DNA from: Octopus sinensis
Lineage: Eukaryota
NCBI RefSeq assembly: GCF_006345805.1
Contig: NC_043002.1
Location: 106,950,001 to 107,014,000 of the forward strand
Length of the DNA stretch: 64,000 nucleotides
Direction of reading: 5' to 3'
Shown: one piece after another, positions 36,906 through 51,500 of the stretch
Position numbering within the stretch: position 1 is the first letter of the stretch
Layout: each line of letters opens with the position of its first letter
The notes under the pieces: model-generated
Seen by the model: only the letters and a program-made list of their open reading frames with translations
Databases searched by the model: none
What the model was told of the DNA's origin: nothing
Made by a program: the position numbers and the translations under genes

Positions 36906-39263
36906 CATATACACTTTCATTAATAATTAGCAGGAGTTAACAGACTCACTTAAGACGCAAGAGTTTCATGTGATGGCATTTATCCAAGTTTGACAAGTGC
37001 CAATGCACGAAACTCAAATCTTGAGTCACTCTGTTACTTCAGCTAAATAATAAAAATATAGATACAGTCATATTTTGAGTCCTACTTTTCCTGTTTGCAT
37101 ATGCATACATGTATACACAAACACACATATACATTATATATATATATACACGAGCAAAACGGCCCCTGTACAATGGACGGTGCTGAGTTGTCAAACATTT
37201 AAACCAAATTCTCTCAAAACAACTTGTCCGACCGTCCCATAGGCCTCCCCTTTGAGAAACACTGATTTAACCTAAATTTGAGATGCCAGCAAAAGAAGAA
37301 ATAAAGATAGACTTTTTTTCTATTCCCCCAACATCGCTTGACAACCAATGTTGGTGTGTTTATGTCCCTGTAACTTAGCAGTTCTGCAAAGGAGACCGAT
37401 AGAATAAGTACTAGGCTTACAAAGAATAAGTCCTGGGGGCGAATTGCTTGACTAAAGGCAGTGCTCCAGCATGACCACAGTTAAAAGACTGAAACAGGTA
37501 CAAGAACTGATCTCAGTATTCAAATACCATTCCACCAGGAGGCAGGTTCTACATGGTCTCTTGATCTACTAGAAGTAGTAACCATCTCACCCTCATGTTG
37601 TATTCCACCTCTAAAGAAAGAATGTCGCATTAGATAACATAGTCCAGAGATAAGCTCTCAGAAAAAAAAACACACATCATCATTTAAAGGCTGTGTTCCA
37701 TGCTGGCATGGATTGGACAGTCTGACAGGATCCAATGAGTCCAAAGTCTGCATCAGGATCCAATGTCTGCTTCGATATGGTTTCTATGGCTGAATGCTGT
37801 TCCCAACACCAATCACTTTACAGAATGTATTGGGTGCTTTTTTACATGCTACCTGCACTAGTGAGGTTGCCAAGTAAAATCACAGTCGTGGCAGACACTG
37901 GTGGCACACAAATGGCACCAATGCTGGTGGCACATAAGTGCACCCATTACACTTTCAGAGTGGTTGGCGTTAGGGCATCTAGCCATAGAAACCATGCCAA
38001 ATCAGACTGGGGTCTGGTGCAGCCTTCCAGCTTACCAGTCCTAGTCAAACCGTCCAACCCATGCCAGCATGGACAACAGATGCTAAATGATGATAATGAT
38101 AGTATTTTTGGTAGCTACTTTCTGCAGATCAAGTCATCACAAACTATGTGGCTTCACTAGAGACTTATAATTGAAAGAATTAACAATGACGGCAAATTTA
38201 ATCTTCAATTCTGTAGTCTATAAACGACAACAACTGGTCAGGTTGATGGTAGTGTTAAGACTTGTCTGTCAACTAAATGACTGGCAAGTCACATCCATCC
38301 TCGCTTTTGTTGCCACTGACAGCATCGGCAGCAATGTCACTCTCAAGAACTCCAATGCAATTCACTTATTGTCAGCACAAGTTAGACAAATGTTAATGAA
38401 AGTACTGTCTCACAGCTGAATGCTATTCCTGTTACTAACCCTTACCTGTTTTCTCAATTAAGGGATCTCTTAGCCTGCACAGTTTCAAAGGAACAAAGTG
38501 AATAAGTAAGTTATTGACAGAAGTAACAACACCAACTGATCATCATAGCTTTCGAATAGGTGAGCACACACAAATAAGCTTTTCAGTTTCCATCTATAGA
38601 ATTCATTCACCAGGCTTTGATTGGCCTGATTTTATAGCAGGAGAGACTTTCTCAAGGTGCCGTGCAAAAGACAGTATGACAGGTGAATTGTTGTGCATGG
38701 CAGGAGGGAACATAACTGTTTCATCAGCTTTAAGGAACTGGAATCAAGTTAGTCTGGATATGGGTGGAAATGAGCTGCTTGGCAGAGGTCTGCATTCTCC
38801 GAGTGCTTTTCTAGTTATCACTGGGTCAGAGATAGTCCCCAGATGGTAACATTGATTTCCAGATAAGTGATTGGTCATTCAAAGAGGAACTGAAATCAAG
38901 TTAGTCCTGGTAATGTAATTAGCACCAATTTTACAGCATTAACTTAGATAAACCTTCAACACAGCAAGCTGGCAGAAATGTTAGCATGCTGGGCGAAATG
39001 CTTAGCAGTATTTTATCTGTCTTTACGTTCTGGAGTTCAAATTCTGCCAAGGTCGACTTTGCCTTTCATCTTTTCAGGATCGATAAATTAAGTACCAGTT
39101 GTGTACTGGGGTCAATCTAATCAACTGACCCCCCCCCCAACAATTTCAGGCCTTGTGCCAAGAGTAGAAGAAAAAAATTTAGATCATTTTGTACTCATTT
39201 AATCTGAGAAGTGTTGAATTCAGTGTATTGATCAAATATACACAAAAACAACTGGTGAACCAA

Positions 39264-39308
<45 letters not shown>

Positions 39309-40329
39309 AGATAATAGTTTCAGTATTAATAGTGAAACTATTAAACTGAAAGTAAGTCACATTACAAAAGAGGAATGTTACTGTTTCACTTTTGCAATTT
39401 AATACTGATATAGTGTTAGAGATGAGATTGCTCTGGGCTCGCATTAGGTAAGAAGTTGAAAATCCTTTGGGCCCACGACACTGCGTGGGCCCTAAGTGAG
39501 GCATGTGTAAAATTTGAAACAAATCGGTTGTGTAGTTCTTGAGTTTTAGGGATTCACACAGACACACTTTCTCATCTTCATATGTTTAGATGTCAGACTT
39601 CGAAACAAGAGGCTGACAGAAAACTGTACCAATTTCCAATGAATGGCAAGATAAATAAATCTATACAAGGAAACGGTGAAACTATGTAAAGGAAATTTTG
39701 TAGATAAATCCAATTTCCAAAAATAAACACTCGAGAAAACTGACTCAGCATTTATTGCACCCATGTGAGAAATATTGTTGCAATGGCTAAATGCATAAAA
39801 AAAATCTGAGCACGTGGAACATGAGATCATATTTACTCACTGGCATTGATACAAAGAACTAAAAGGAATTTATCATCACTGCTCGTTTGGTCTGTTAGCT
39901 TGTGGATGTTGACATCTCCTAGAAGCTTTCAACCATGCAACTTGTTAATTATAGCTGCGTGTTTTGATTAAATACTATCTGAGGAGAGGGAAATAAAATA
40001 ATATTATTCAAGCAATTATATATCTGCTCTAGAAATTGGTGAACTTGGGCCAGTGTAAACGTTGTAGGAAAGGCAGGAGAAGAAAACATTGAAGAGCAAA
40101 GAGGAAAGATGTGGTCTGGTTGCTGGAGCGACATATTTGTTTGTGCAATGGGCTGAGGATAATTTACGACAGAGAACTGACATAAATAAAACAAAAAATC
40201 CTTTTTACTACAGGCAGAAGGGGAGGAGGAGGGGGGGATAAGTTGATTGCTTCCAGCTTGGTGTGCAACTGGTAGTTATTGGATTGACCTCAATGGAATT
40301 TGAACATCTCGGGCAGATGAAATGAGGCT

Positions 40330-40640
40330 AAGCATCTCGTGTGGAGTGCAAATGATTCTGGCTATGGCAGAATTGATGGGAAGAGGAAGGGGGAGGAAGA
40401 GGGAATAGGAAAGAAGAGAAACGGGAGGAAGATAAGGGTAGGAAGAGGGAAGAGAATGAATAGAAAAGAGGAAGGGGAAGTTGGAGAAAGGAGTAAGAGG
40501 AAGAACAGAGAAACGTGGAAGGGGTGAGAGGAAGGAGAGATGGGGATGAGAAAGGGGAAGGAGGAAGAGGAAGGAGGGGAGAGAAAGGGGAGGAGGAAAG
40601 GGAAAAGGATGGAGAGAAAGTGAAAGAAGAGAAGGACGAA
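40330..40640 (+). repeat. Purine-rich (GA) low-complexity tract; similar tracts at 24240-24560 and 51255-51600
   Basis: Almost exclusively G/A on the plus strand. Confidence 0.8.
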
Positions 40641-41976
40641 ACTATTTGGCCCTTTAGGATTTAAACCTATTATGGACTATTTGAGGGACCTATTTGAGGG
40701 ACCATAGAAAATAGTGGACTTGTTTTGACCGAGGTTAATCCTGAATGAATAGGCTTATACATCAAAACCATTTCCTATTTCTTTACTGCCCACAAGGGGC
40801 TAGACACAGGGGACAAACCAGGACAGACAAATGGATCAAGTCGATTATATCAACCCCAGTGCATAACTGGTACTTATTTAATCAACCCCAAAAGGATGAA
40901 AGGCAAAGTCAACCTCGACGGAATTTGAACTCAGAGAGTAGCGGCAGACGAAATACCACTAAGCAGTTCGCCCGGCATGCTAACGATTCAGCCAGCTCGC
41001 CACCTTCAATCATCAAAGCCATTTCTATTATGATTCTCCTGTCTTATTTTCAAATAATACATTTAAAGATTACATAATGAAGCATTAAGGCAAGATTTGA
41101 AGGACATGGGGTTGCTATTTGAGCAACCCTAAAGAGACTCCACTGTTGGCTCAAAGAAAGATTTGCAACAACTGTGGTTATGTCTGTGCTGATGCCACAT
41201 AAAAAGCTCTCAGTACACTCTGTAAAGTGGTTGGCATTGGGGAGGGCATCCAGCCATAGAAATCGTGCCAAAACAGATAGTCAGAGCCTGGTGCAGGTCC
41301 CAGCATTGCCAGTTGCATGTCAGCATGGAGGACAGATGATGATGATGATGTGATTATCCAAGAAAAATTATACTAACCAAACTATGGACAGAACTGAAAG
41401 TTCTGACAAAGAAACAAGTCGTAAGACCTTCCTTTGAGATGTCAGCAATATTTCACTTCCATAGACAGTATGATTATGAAATTAAGGCCAGACTACTGAG
41501 TACACGAATGCTACCAAAGCCATTATCACAGACTGCAACTGTGAAAGGCTTAGCATGCCAGACTGGCTGAAAGTGAGGAAGAATCAACACATGGGTCACT
41601 GTAGCATCAAGCTGCACACCAAAGATGTGAAATTAGCTTCAAACTGGAAACCAGGTTCAAATATTTACATCAAGAGATCATGGGTCAGATGACGGTGTTA
41701 CGCTCGGCTACAGATTGATCTTCCACCCAAATGCAGGCCACAGGTTCTGCCTATGCAATTTCACTCAGAATCAAGGGCCAACCCAAGCCTTTGGTCAAAG
41801 ACAATTGCTTCAGATGCTACACATTATGATGAAACCTGGAAGCACATATATATATAAACTTATTAATTACACAGCTGTACTCTCACTCTCCATGTTCATC
41901 AGTAAGAGAAAACAAATGAAAGATGAAGAAAATAAATTTAACTCGATTTTTGCAAAGAAACATTTTGCATGTACAG

Positions 41977-42420
41977 TTCTATATTTAAGAGATGAGGAAT
42001 TATGTACATTATTTACATTTGACAAATATTTGTCCATGGGCATATGGCATAGTGGTTAAGAGCGCAGGCTACTGACCCCAAGATTCCAAGTTTGATTCCA
42101 GGCAGTGACCTGAATATAATAATAACAACACCGAAAAATACCTTAGGAATGAGAACCATCATCATCATCATCATCATCATCATTTAACGTCCGCTTTCCA
42201 TGCTAGCATGGGTTGGACGGTTCAACTGGGGTCTGGGGAGCCCGAAAGCTGCACCAGTCCAGTCAGATCTGGCAGTGTTTCTACAGCTGGATGCCCTTCA
42301 GGTTCGAAATTTCCAAAAAAGACACATGATGAAATCTGGAGGGTATATCAGCCGAAATGTTGTGTTAACAACAAGCAAAATGAGGACAAATATCCGTCAA
42401 ATGTAAATAAATAATGTAAA
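41977..42420 (+). mobile_element. Family E SINE with inverted tail at its 5' end, interrupted by an RTE tail (42158-42298)
   Basis: Inverted tail 41977-42034, head from 42038 (TGGCATAGTGG / GTTTGATTCC), decayed hammerhead 42321-42366. Confidence 0.8.
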
Positions 42421-43445
42421 CAATTTTGTAAGCAATATATCAAGTCCAATTCTAAATTTAGGTGGTATGTCCTATGTAACTTAGACACATGCTGCAGTTC
42501 TAATATTTAATAAAGGAATAGAGTATCCATGTAGCCCCTCTACAGCAAGAAGCCCGTTCTGCTCTGGCCCCTTTTCTCATACTTTTAAACCTTCATTACT
42601 TAACATAAAGATTCTTCATAAAAATTTTAAAAAAGCACACAGAACACACTGCAAAGTGGTTGGCATCCAAAAAGCATCCAACCATAGAAACCATGCCAAA
42701 ATAGACAGTGGGGTACAATGCACTTCTTGAACGCATCGGTTCTTGTCAAACCAGCATGGAACATGGATGTTAAATGATGGAATATGTAATAGAAGGAATC
42801 GGTTACTATATTTATTCAATGATATAAGCAATGGAATTGTAGCCAGAAATAGCAATGAGAAGGAATTTAGGACAATTCTTTCAGCAACTAATATTCACTA
42901 ATGTCTTTTTTGCACAAAACAAAACAAAAAAGAAAAATCTATTTAACATCCACCCATTTGTGCTTACATTGTCTATAAATGTGTGGCTGGTTACAATAGT
43001 CATGCTCTCAAATCATATTAATTTATTTTAGCAGTCCAGGTTCTTGTTTTACTCCATGTCAGCGCTGATCAAGCAGGACTATGATTAAAGGTATTCTAAC
43101 AGTGACCATCCCATCTTATTTTGTATCTAGAACATTTGTTCAGTATAGTTTTCTTTTAAGATGGTGGGGGGTGTGATTTGAAGGAGATTCGGCTAGCAGG
43201 CCAGTCAACAAGATACTTTAGCATATTTGGAACTTTTGGTTTCCTCGCAATCACTGAAGTTTCAGTGAAGATGAATGAGTAAAAGAATACAAAAGAGGAG
43301 TGGTTCAGTAGGTATTATATGTCTACCAACTGAGGCAAGGAGTTCAAATCCATAGCATGCATTTGTGTATTTGGAAAGGTGCTTTTAATTTTATATGCCT
43401 CGGTTAAGCCCAAGAGGAATAGGTATACTATTCCTAGGAATATAA

Positions 43446-43670
43446 GGCGGCGAGCTGGCAGAATCGTTAGCACGCCAGGCGAAATGCTTAGCGGTATTTC
43501 GTCTGCGTTACGTTGTGAGTTCAAATTCCGCCGCGGTCGACTTTGCCTTTCATCCTTTTGGGGTCAATAAATTAAGTACCAGTTACGAACTGGGGTCGAT
43601 GCAATCGACTTAATACCCATGTCTGTCCTTGTTTGTTCCCTCTGTGTTCCCTTGTGGGTAATAAAGAAAT
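43446..43670 (+). mobile_element. SINE family C with a 24-bp target-site duplication
   Basis: AATAGGTATACTATTCCTAGGAAT at 43418-43441 and 43668-43691. Other copies near 7205, 18315, 19505, 33400, 38965, 40770 and 60665. Confidence 0.88.
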
Positions 43671-44764
43671 AGGTATACTATTCCTAGGAATCTAGTCAGA
43701 GGAGGCAGAATAATAAACATGACCTTTGGAGGTCCTTGATGTTCAGATTGAATATGTGTCAGTTGACATTTGCAGCAAAAATGTAGATGAGGAAAGACAT
43801 GAGGTGAGTATGCAGCTCTAGAAAAAAAACGATTGGGTGAATTGGTTAATGCAGCATCTGGAAGAGGAGATATGATGTGATGAGAGGAGGAGGAGGAGGA
43901 GGAGAGACAAACGAGTCACATGGGTCAGAAGGTGGGGAGTGTGTAGTTCACAAGTTGAGAGGAACAGAAGCTTCTGGAAAAATCAGTGAAAGCAAGGAGA
44001 AGCTGTTCATTAATAAATGTACTTTGTTTAAGTATACTGATGAATAAATCAGATTTCATTATTTTGTATTGGGTCTAGAATGTGTGTATGTGAAACAATT
44101 GCACCATAGTGGTAGCACACCTGTCCCTGTCTTCATTCCTGATCTCTCACTCTCTCACCAGCTGGGTAACCTACTTCCTCTACAGCAAAAGCACCTGTTT
44201 GTCTCACTATAGCCTTTCATCCGACATCAGAACACCTCCTCCAATGCCCTTTCCCCTCTCAATTTTTTTTTTTATCTTGCAAGTATGTGGTGACCCTGTC
44301 AGGGCAGGTGTCACTTAAAAAGCACCCAGTCCACACTGTAAAGTGGTTGGCATTCAGAAGGGCATCCAGCTATAAAAACCTTACCAAAACTGACCTCGCC
44401 TGTGCTTGTGCCACGTAAAAAGCACTAGGTCCACTCTGCTGAATGGTTGATGTTAGGAAGAGCATCCAGCTGTAAAAATCCTGCCAAAACAGTCACAGAA
44501 GTCTGGTGCAGGCTTCTGCCTGGCTGGCTCTGTGAAACCATCCCACCCACGTTAGCATGGAAGGCAGGCATTAAACAATGACGACGACAATGAGAGCCTC
44601 ACTTGTGATTTGTGTAATCAACGACTAGATTAATCCTGTTTTTGGTGATATACTTTCAGTAATGTTCTGTATATGGGTTTGCCAATCGTCTGAGTTCTTT
44701 GGTTGTGTTGCCCAGTTTATGTTAACATTTACTTTCTCTTTTCCTGCTACCATGGTTTTTATTT

Positions 44765-45080
44765 TCATACAGTTGAGATAGAGACCATGCATATGTGATG
44801 CCCTCTCAACCTTCTCAATTCTTGTAATCCAGTTTCAGTCTTGGCAAGTAGAGCAGTATCATTTGCATACCTTAGATTAGAAATATGCAATCCATGTAGT
44901 TTGATGCTATCTTCTTCATGTATTGCTTCTTGTATTCTCCACTCAATGTAGAAGAAACATGGAGAAAGAACACAGCCTTGACAAACCACCTACCCACTTT
45001 TTAAGCTTTTCTGTGTCCTTATCATTTACTTAAATGCAAGTTTCTTCTCTGACTGTAAAGCTGTTTGATGAAACCAGTGA
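44765..45080 (-). mobile_element. Old LINE RT fragment
   Basis: ORF 44765-44989 contains QGCVLSPCFF and ISNLRYANDTALLA, decayed RT motifs (YADD to YAND). Confidence 0.65.
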
Positions 45081-48000
45081 TGTATTTCAGAAAGCCAAGA
45101 TTAGATATGATGCACCACATATGGCTATTGTTTATGTATAAACCACAAATACATTTTCTAATATTTTGCCTAGAGGTGTTTGAACTTGTGATCTTTGAGT
45201 TGGATGTTCCTTGCTACTTAAATTCTAATTTTCATACAAATTAATAAAGCTATAAATTACCGTAACAATGAAACAGAGATAACAACAAAAGGTTGTATGT
45301 TTGGACCTCTCTAAGTTATCGTATATTAGGATCAAGGTAGACATAGATAAGAGACATCTCTGTTTTTCTGTCAACTTTACATTTAATAAAGTACGCTAGA
45401 TACTGTTGAACTTATAGAGCAGACCTACACAGCATGCTTCAATAAACTTCAGAAAAACAGAACAAATAAAAGCGTGATTCACAGAATCTGGTAGGATTTG
45501 TGGATGGTGATGAATGAAACCCCATCTTAAACTTCCCTCATTATCAATGCTGACATTAAATGGATGTTAAACAATGACGGTGATGAAAGGAAATACTGCT
45601 ATTTGGCATAAATACTTTCAGATTATGCACAGACAATCAATAATTTCCAACAGATACAAAACTATAATGTCAAGGGGAAGGACAGTCAATTATATTGGCT
45701 TTGGTATATTACTGGTACTTATTAACACCTCACCCTGCTGGAAAGACGAAGAACAAAATTAATAACAACCATCTCTTACAATAGAACAAGGCCGAAACTT
45801 TTATAAAGGATGGGTATTATACCACAAACACATGAGAAGTGGTTGGCCCAGTTGGTATCTCAACAAGAAAAAATTAAATACAAGACTGTACTCTACTATT
45901 TATGCCATTCTACCTTGTATGTATTGATAAACATACAACCAATGAAGTTATCTCTTGCCGGCCTCTTGAACTGACAGAAATGACAACCAAATCACCTTCA
46001 AATTAACCAACTGCATTAACCCTTTGAGATTTAGATGATGTGACTGCTTATTTCAAGAATGACATTGTAGGGTAGGTGTGAGAGGCTGGATCTGGTCAGT
46101 TTGAACATAAAACAGGAAGAACATTTTGGCCAGATATGGCTGATTTAAATGCTAAAGGATTAACAAAGGAAATATACATTGGACAATGGAATACAAAAAA
46201 AATTAAATGGTCATGGATGGAATGCCTTTAATTACAGGTCTGCTCAATTAGGACTGACCTGCACAAAAGAAACCAAAAATTAATAGTAGAAGAAACATCA
46301 AGTCATGTAATCATGAAATACATCAGAACCAAATTACTAATTAACCCTTTCGTTACTGTATTTATTTTGAGATGCTCTGTGTTTCTTTCAATTAATTTAA
46401 AATATAACAAAGAATTTAGTAAACGTGGCATGTAAACAGCACCCACTACACTCTCAGAGAAGTTGGCATTAGGAAGGACATACAGCTGTAGAAACATTGC
46501 CAGATCAGGTTGGAGCCTGGTGCAGCTGCTGGCTCTCCAGACCTCAGTCAAACCATCCAACCCATGCCGGCATAGAAAACAGATGTTAAACAACGACGAT
46601 GATGAACCTGGTTATCATTAAGCTGGTGTTAGGAACATAAATTGTGACTAAAGTTTGGTGGAAGGATTTTTATTCAAACTTATAAAAACAAAACATTTGT
46701 ACTACAGAGCTAGAGGCAGCTTTGGCCAGGTTGATATTCTCCAGTAAATTATTCTTAAAAAAAGAGAAGAATTACTGAAACTAGAAAAGCACTCAGAGAG
46801 CGCAGACCTTCACCAAGCAGCTCATTTTAAGATAGATACGCTAGTAAAATTACTAATAGAGAAACAAAAATAAACTTTGGAAACAGCAATGCTGCCATAG
46901 GTTACATGGAAACGATGAACATGTTTTCAAGGGAGATAATCAAAGAACGTTGGGCAAGTGTCTTCTACTATAGCCTCGGGCCGACCAAAGCCTTGTGAGT
47001 GGATTTGGTAGATGGAAACTGAAAGAAGCCTGTCGTATATATGTATATATATATATATGCGTGTGTGTGTTTGTGTATCTGTGTTTGTCCCCCTAGCATT
47101 GCTTGACAACCGATGCTGGTGTGTTTATGTCCCCGTCACTTAGCGGTTCGGCAAAACAGACCGATAGAATAAGTACTGGGCTTACAAAGAATAAGTCCTG
47201 GGGTCGAATTGCTCGACTAAAGGCGGTGCTCCAGCATGGCCGCAGTCAAATGACTGAAACAAGTAAAAGAGTAATACTTCATGTAAAGTAAATATAACAA
47301 ATGAAAAATCCTTCAAGAAACCATACAAATTCCCAGATCACTACCAAAATTTCATCATCTGTTCCGTGTGTCATTACCAACTTTTCCTGCAAGTTTCATT
47401 AAATATCGTTCACAACTTTTTGAGTTATACTGCACATAGACGGACAAGCCAACGCCAATGAAAACATAACCTCCTTCTTTGGCGGAGGTAATAAGAATTT
47501 TTCTGGCAAGAGACTTGAACAAAAGGACTTTGTTATGTTCCTTTTCTGAACAAGTCAAAAGAAAGTAAAAGGTGAAAAGAATAGTGATCAAGAACTGAAG
47601 CTACTGGAAAATTTAGGAGATAATGTGAGAGCTTCTTTGTGGTGACTGCCTCATAGAAATAACAGCCAACCTCCCTCAATTCAAGCATCTTTAAAAATAA
47701 AAAGGACACAAGGAGGTGTTTCACTAGATATGTCTGGAAAGAAGAAAAAAATGGTGTGATCATGGCTGGAACACCTTTGATCATAGGTTTGCTTGATCAA
47801 GATTGACCAGGGGTTAAAACAGCAACTAATACCAAAGAATGGAATTGTCTTTAAAACATATCATTCACCTTTATTCTCTCTTCTTCTCCTTAGTCCACAT
47901 TACTCCATAAGAAGCATAGGGCTGGTTCCCCAGGTTCTCTGCTGTATAATTTCACCAGATGAATGGACCGGAGCCATGTGAAATGAAGTGTTTTAAGAAC

Positions 48001-48122
48001 ACAACTCATTGCCTGGTCCAGGAATCGAAACCACTATCTTATAATCATGAGAGTAACACCCGAACCCCTAAGCTATGCACTTCCTTCTACCTTCATATGT
48101 TCTCTTATTTGTTTGTGCTTCT

Positions 48123-48519
48123 GGCGCAGGAGTGGCTGTGTGGTAAGTAGCTTGTTTACCAATCACATGGTTCTGGGTTCAGTCCCACTGTGTGGCATCT
48201 TGGGCAAGTGTCTTCTGCTATAGCCCCGGGCCGACCAATGCCTTGTGAGTGGATTTGGTAGACGGAAACTGAAAGAAGCCTGTCGTATATATGTATGTAT
48301 GTGTGTTTGTGTGTCTGTGTTTGTTCCCCTAGCATTGCTTGACAACTGATGCTGGTGTGTTTACGTCCCCGTCACTTAGCGGTTCGGCAAAAAGAGACCG
48401 ATAGAATAAGTATTGGGCTTACAAAAAGAATAAGTCCCGGGGTCGAGTTGCTCGACTAAATGCGGTGCTCCAGCATGGCCGCAGTCAAATGACTGAAACA
48501 AGTAAAAGAGTAAAGAGTA
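48123..48519 (+). mobile_element. SINE family A; other copies near 1780, 14490, 26190, 30400, 35320, 37325, 46945, 51905 and 63200
   Basis: Same head and tail. Confidence 0.88.
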
Positions 48520-51500
48520 TGTACATGTTATACAGTGAGCATTCCATTTTGGGATTCCCTTCTGTTTTCGCTGTTAAGATCCACAGTTCAAATCCAGAAA
48601 TCACTGCTGGGATCATGCATTAGTAGAAGATTTTTCTTTCAATGCAAGACAAGGGGTTTGATTTCATATCACTGTGTTTGTAGAAAGTGGTTCAGCCTAA
48701 TGATACTTTTTTTTTTTATACTGCTTCCTCTGACTTTTTACCAAAATACAATGAAAAAAATAGACTGACCTCAGTTTTATTTGAACATAAAATGTAAATA
48801 GCCTTATCTAAATACAACAAAGCATTTAATTTGTTGCTCGACTGCTTCTGCTACTGTTCCACTGCCTTTTAGATAATAGTTTAATAATTGGAAAACTAAC
48901 ACTATAAAAAGCAATCAACAAACTTCATTCCTTCTTCTAAGTTTACCCTTGTTCTAAGTTTAACCCTTTCATTACCAACCCAGCTGAAACCGGCTCTGGC
49001 TCTGAGTATAAATGTCTTGTTTTCATAAGTTTACAATTAAAATCTTCCAAACATTTATGTTCCTAACACTAGCTGAATGATAACCAAGTTATTTTACTAA
49101 AGTCTTTATTACATTTAAAATTAATTGAAAGAAACACAGAGCATCTCAACAGAACTATGGTAATAAAAGGGTTAAAATATATAACAGAGAAACAATTCTT
49201 AACCCTTTTGATACCAACCAGGCTGAAATTGGCTCTGGCTCTGTAGTACAAATGTCTTGTTTTCATAAGTTTTGAACTAAAATTTTCCACCAAACCTTAG
49301 TCACAACTTATGTTCCTAACACTAACTTAATGATAACTAAGTTATTTTACTAAATTCTTTGTTATATTTAAACTAATTGAAAGAAACACAGAGCATCTCA
49401 AAATAAATACAGTAATGAAAGGGTTAATATTCCTTTTAAGGAACAAATGATGTGGGTCTTTATTAGTGAGTCAAAGACCCACAATAGTATAACCCCAAAA
49501 TTATGTGGGCCTTCATTTCAAAGGTCAGATAGGCCAAATAAAGAAGACAAACATTAAATTGAAACAGCTGATTAGAGAAAGTGACAAGTCAACAACTAAA
49601 GTACATTAACATTTTAAACCATTTAATTACAAGATAAATATTAGTATATATCCACTGCTGTTTCAATGAAGCGATTAGAATAATTTTTAACAGCTTCATT
49701 GCAATGACAGCGTCACATGCAGGACAAATTTAGTGAAACAAGGCAATTCATCCTTATCAGTTGATATCTGTTTCCCATGCTGGCATGGGTTGGACGACTT
49801 GACAAGAGTTGGCAAGGCCAGGAGCCACACCAGGTCTTGTTGTCTGTTTTGGCATGGTTTCTACAACGGGATGCCCTTCCTAATGCCAGCCACTTCACAG
49901 AGTGTACTAGGTGCTTTTTACATGGCACCATCACCAGTACTGTTTACCATATATAATGTAATTATATATTACATGATTACAAAAATTAAAATTAGTAATC
50001 TTTTATTTAGCTTGGCATATACCTATGTGACAAGTAATGCTTCCTAAAAAAAAAAAAAACCACATTAATGATATATATCCATTAATTTAACATCCATTTT
50101 CCCCATGCTAATATAGATCAGACTACATTAGCTAAAGTGTCTTTTCAACTTTAAGACAGTAGCAAATGATCCGAAAGAACTAGGCTGCTATTTCTTGCAA
50201 GCTAAGTGCCTACACAGAGACTCACTCATTGGCTCAAACATGAACTTCCTCTACATGAAGAATTTTTATATTTTACTCCCTCGCTAATTTCCTCCAATTA
50301 CAGGATATTATAAAAGTGAATTCATATGAAGCGTACAGACAACACACATCTAAATACTCAATTCAGATTGAAATCCGATTAATAATTAATCTTCTCAATG
50401 ATTGGTGGGAATGAGGACATCCATTAGACCAGTTGTTTAATTTTTCATCCTATTACAACCAACACCTGATATTTCTCTTGTGAGCAGATGTTGATCTATC
50501 ATCGAACAAGCATCCTAGAAATTCAGGGGCTTACACACTTCCTTAAGGGAGGTGAGCTTATTCAGCCTAAATATAATGAAACAGCTGCAACAGATTTTAA
50601 GGACCTAAGCATCTGGCCATGATGTCACAGCACTAGATTTAGTTTAATACCAATCAATATTTAATCAATTATGAGGGTCAATATTTAGATATAAACCCAG
50701 GGATCACCAGAACTAACTATATTTTGGTAAACAACTTTCACCTTTTCACTATCAAATAACTATAATAAGAGAAAAACTTTGTTTTTAGAGGCAGACATAC
50801 AGAGGAGCACACACACAAACACACACACACACACACATCATTGTTAGAACCAGTTTTCTAACAATGTGACTCACGAGATATGATATCATTAATATTTAAT
50901 AAAATATGAAGCAGAAGAAAAAAAACAAATGTTATTATTTTTTAACAAAAATACAGGAAAATAAAAGCAATTATCTCTTTTGGCCTATATACAAATGATA
51001 TTTATTCAGACACACACACACACACACACACACATAGATGCATGCGCGCACTTTCTAAAAAGGTGTGCGTGGTTGGGGGGAAGACTCCCACACTGGAGGT
51101 AAGACAAAAGTATATCATTACTATCCCAACATATATTTGGAGAAGGAAAGGGGCGCATGTTGAAAGGAGGTTGAAGGTAGTGACATTTTCACAAATCTTA
51201 CAGAGTGTGTGTGTGTGTGTAATTTGTTTTTCAGATGAGTATTAGCATATGAACTAAAGAGAGGGGAGGGGGCATAAGAGAAGGAGGGGAAAAAAGTACA
51301 GATGAAAGCAAGCAAAGTGGAGAGAGGGAGGGATAGACTTATATAGGGAAGAAAGAAAAGGGCAAAGGGGGAGAGACAGAAGAGGTGGGTGGGTGGGGCA
51401 TATGGAAGGTGGAGAGGGAGGGAGGCAGACAAACAAATAAATTGAGAGATGAGGGGGGGGGCGAGAAAGACAGAAAGCGAGTGCTAGAAAGAGGAAGAAA

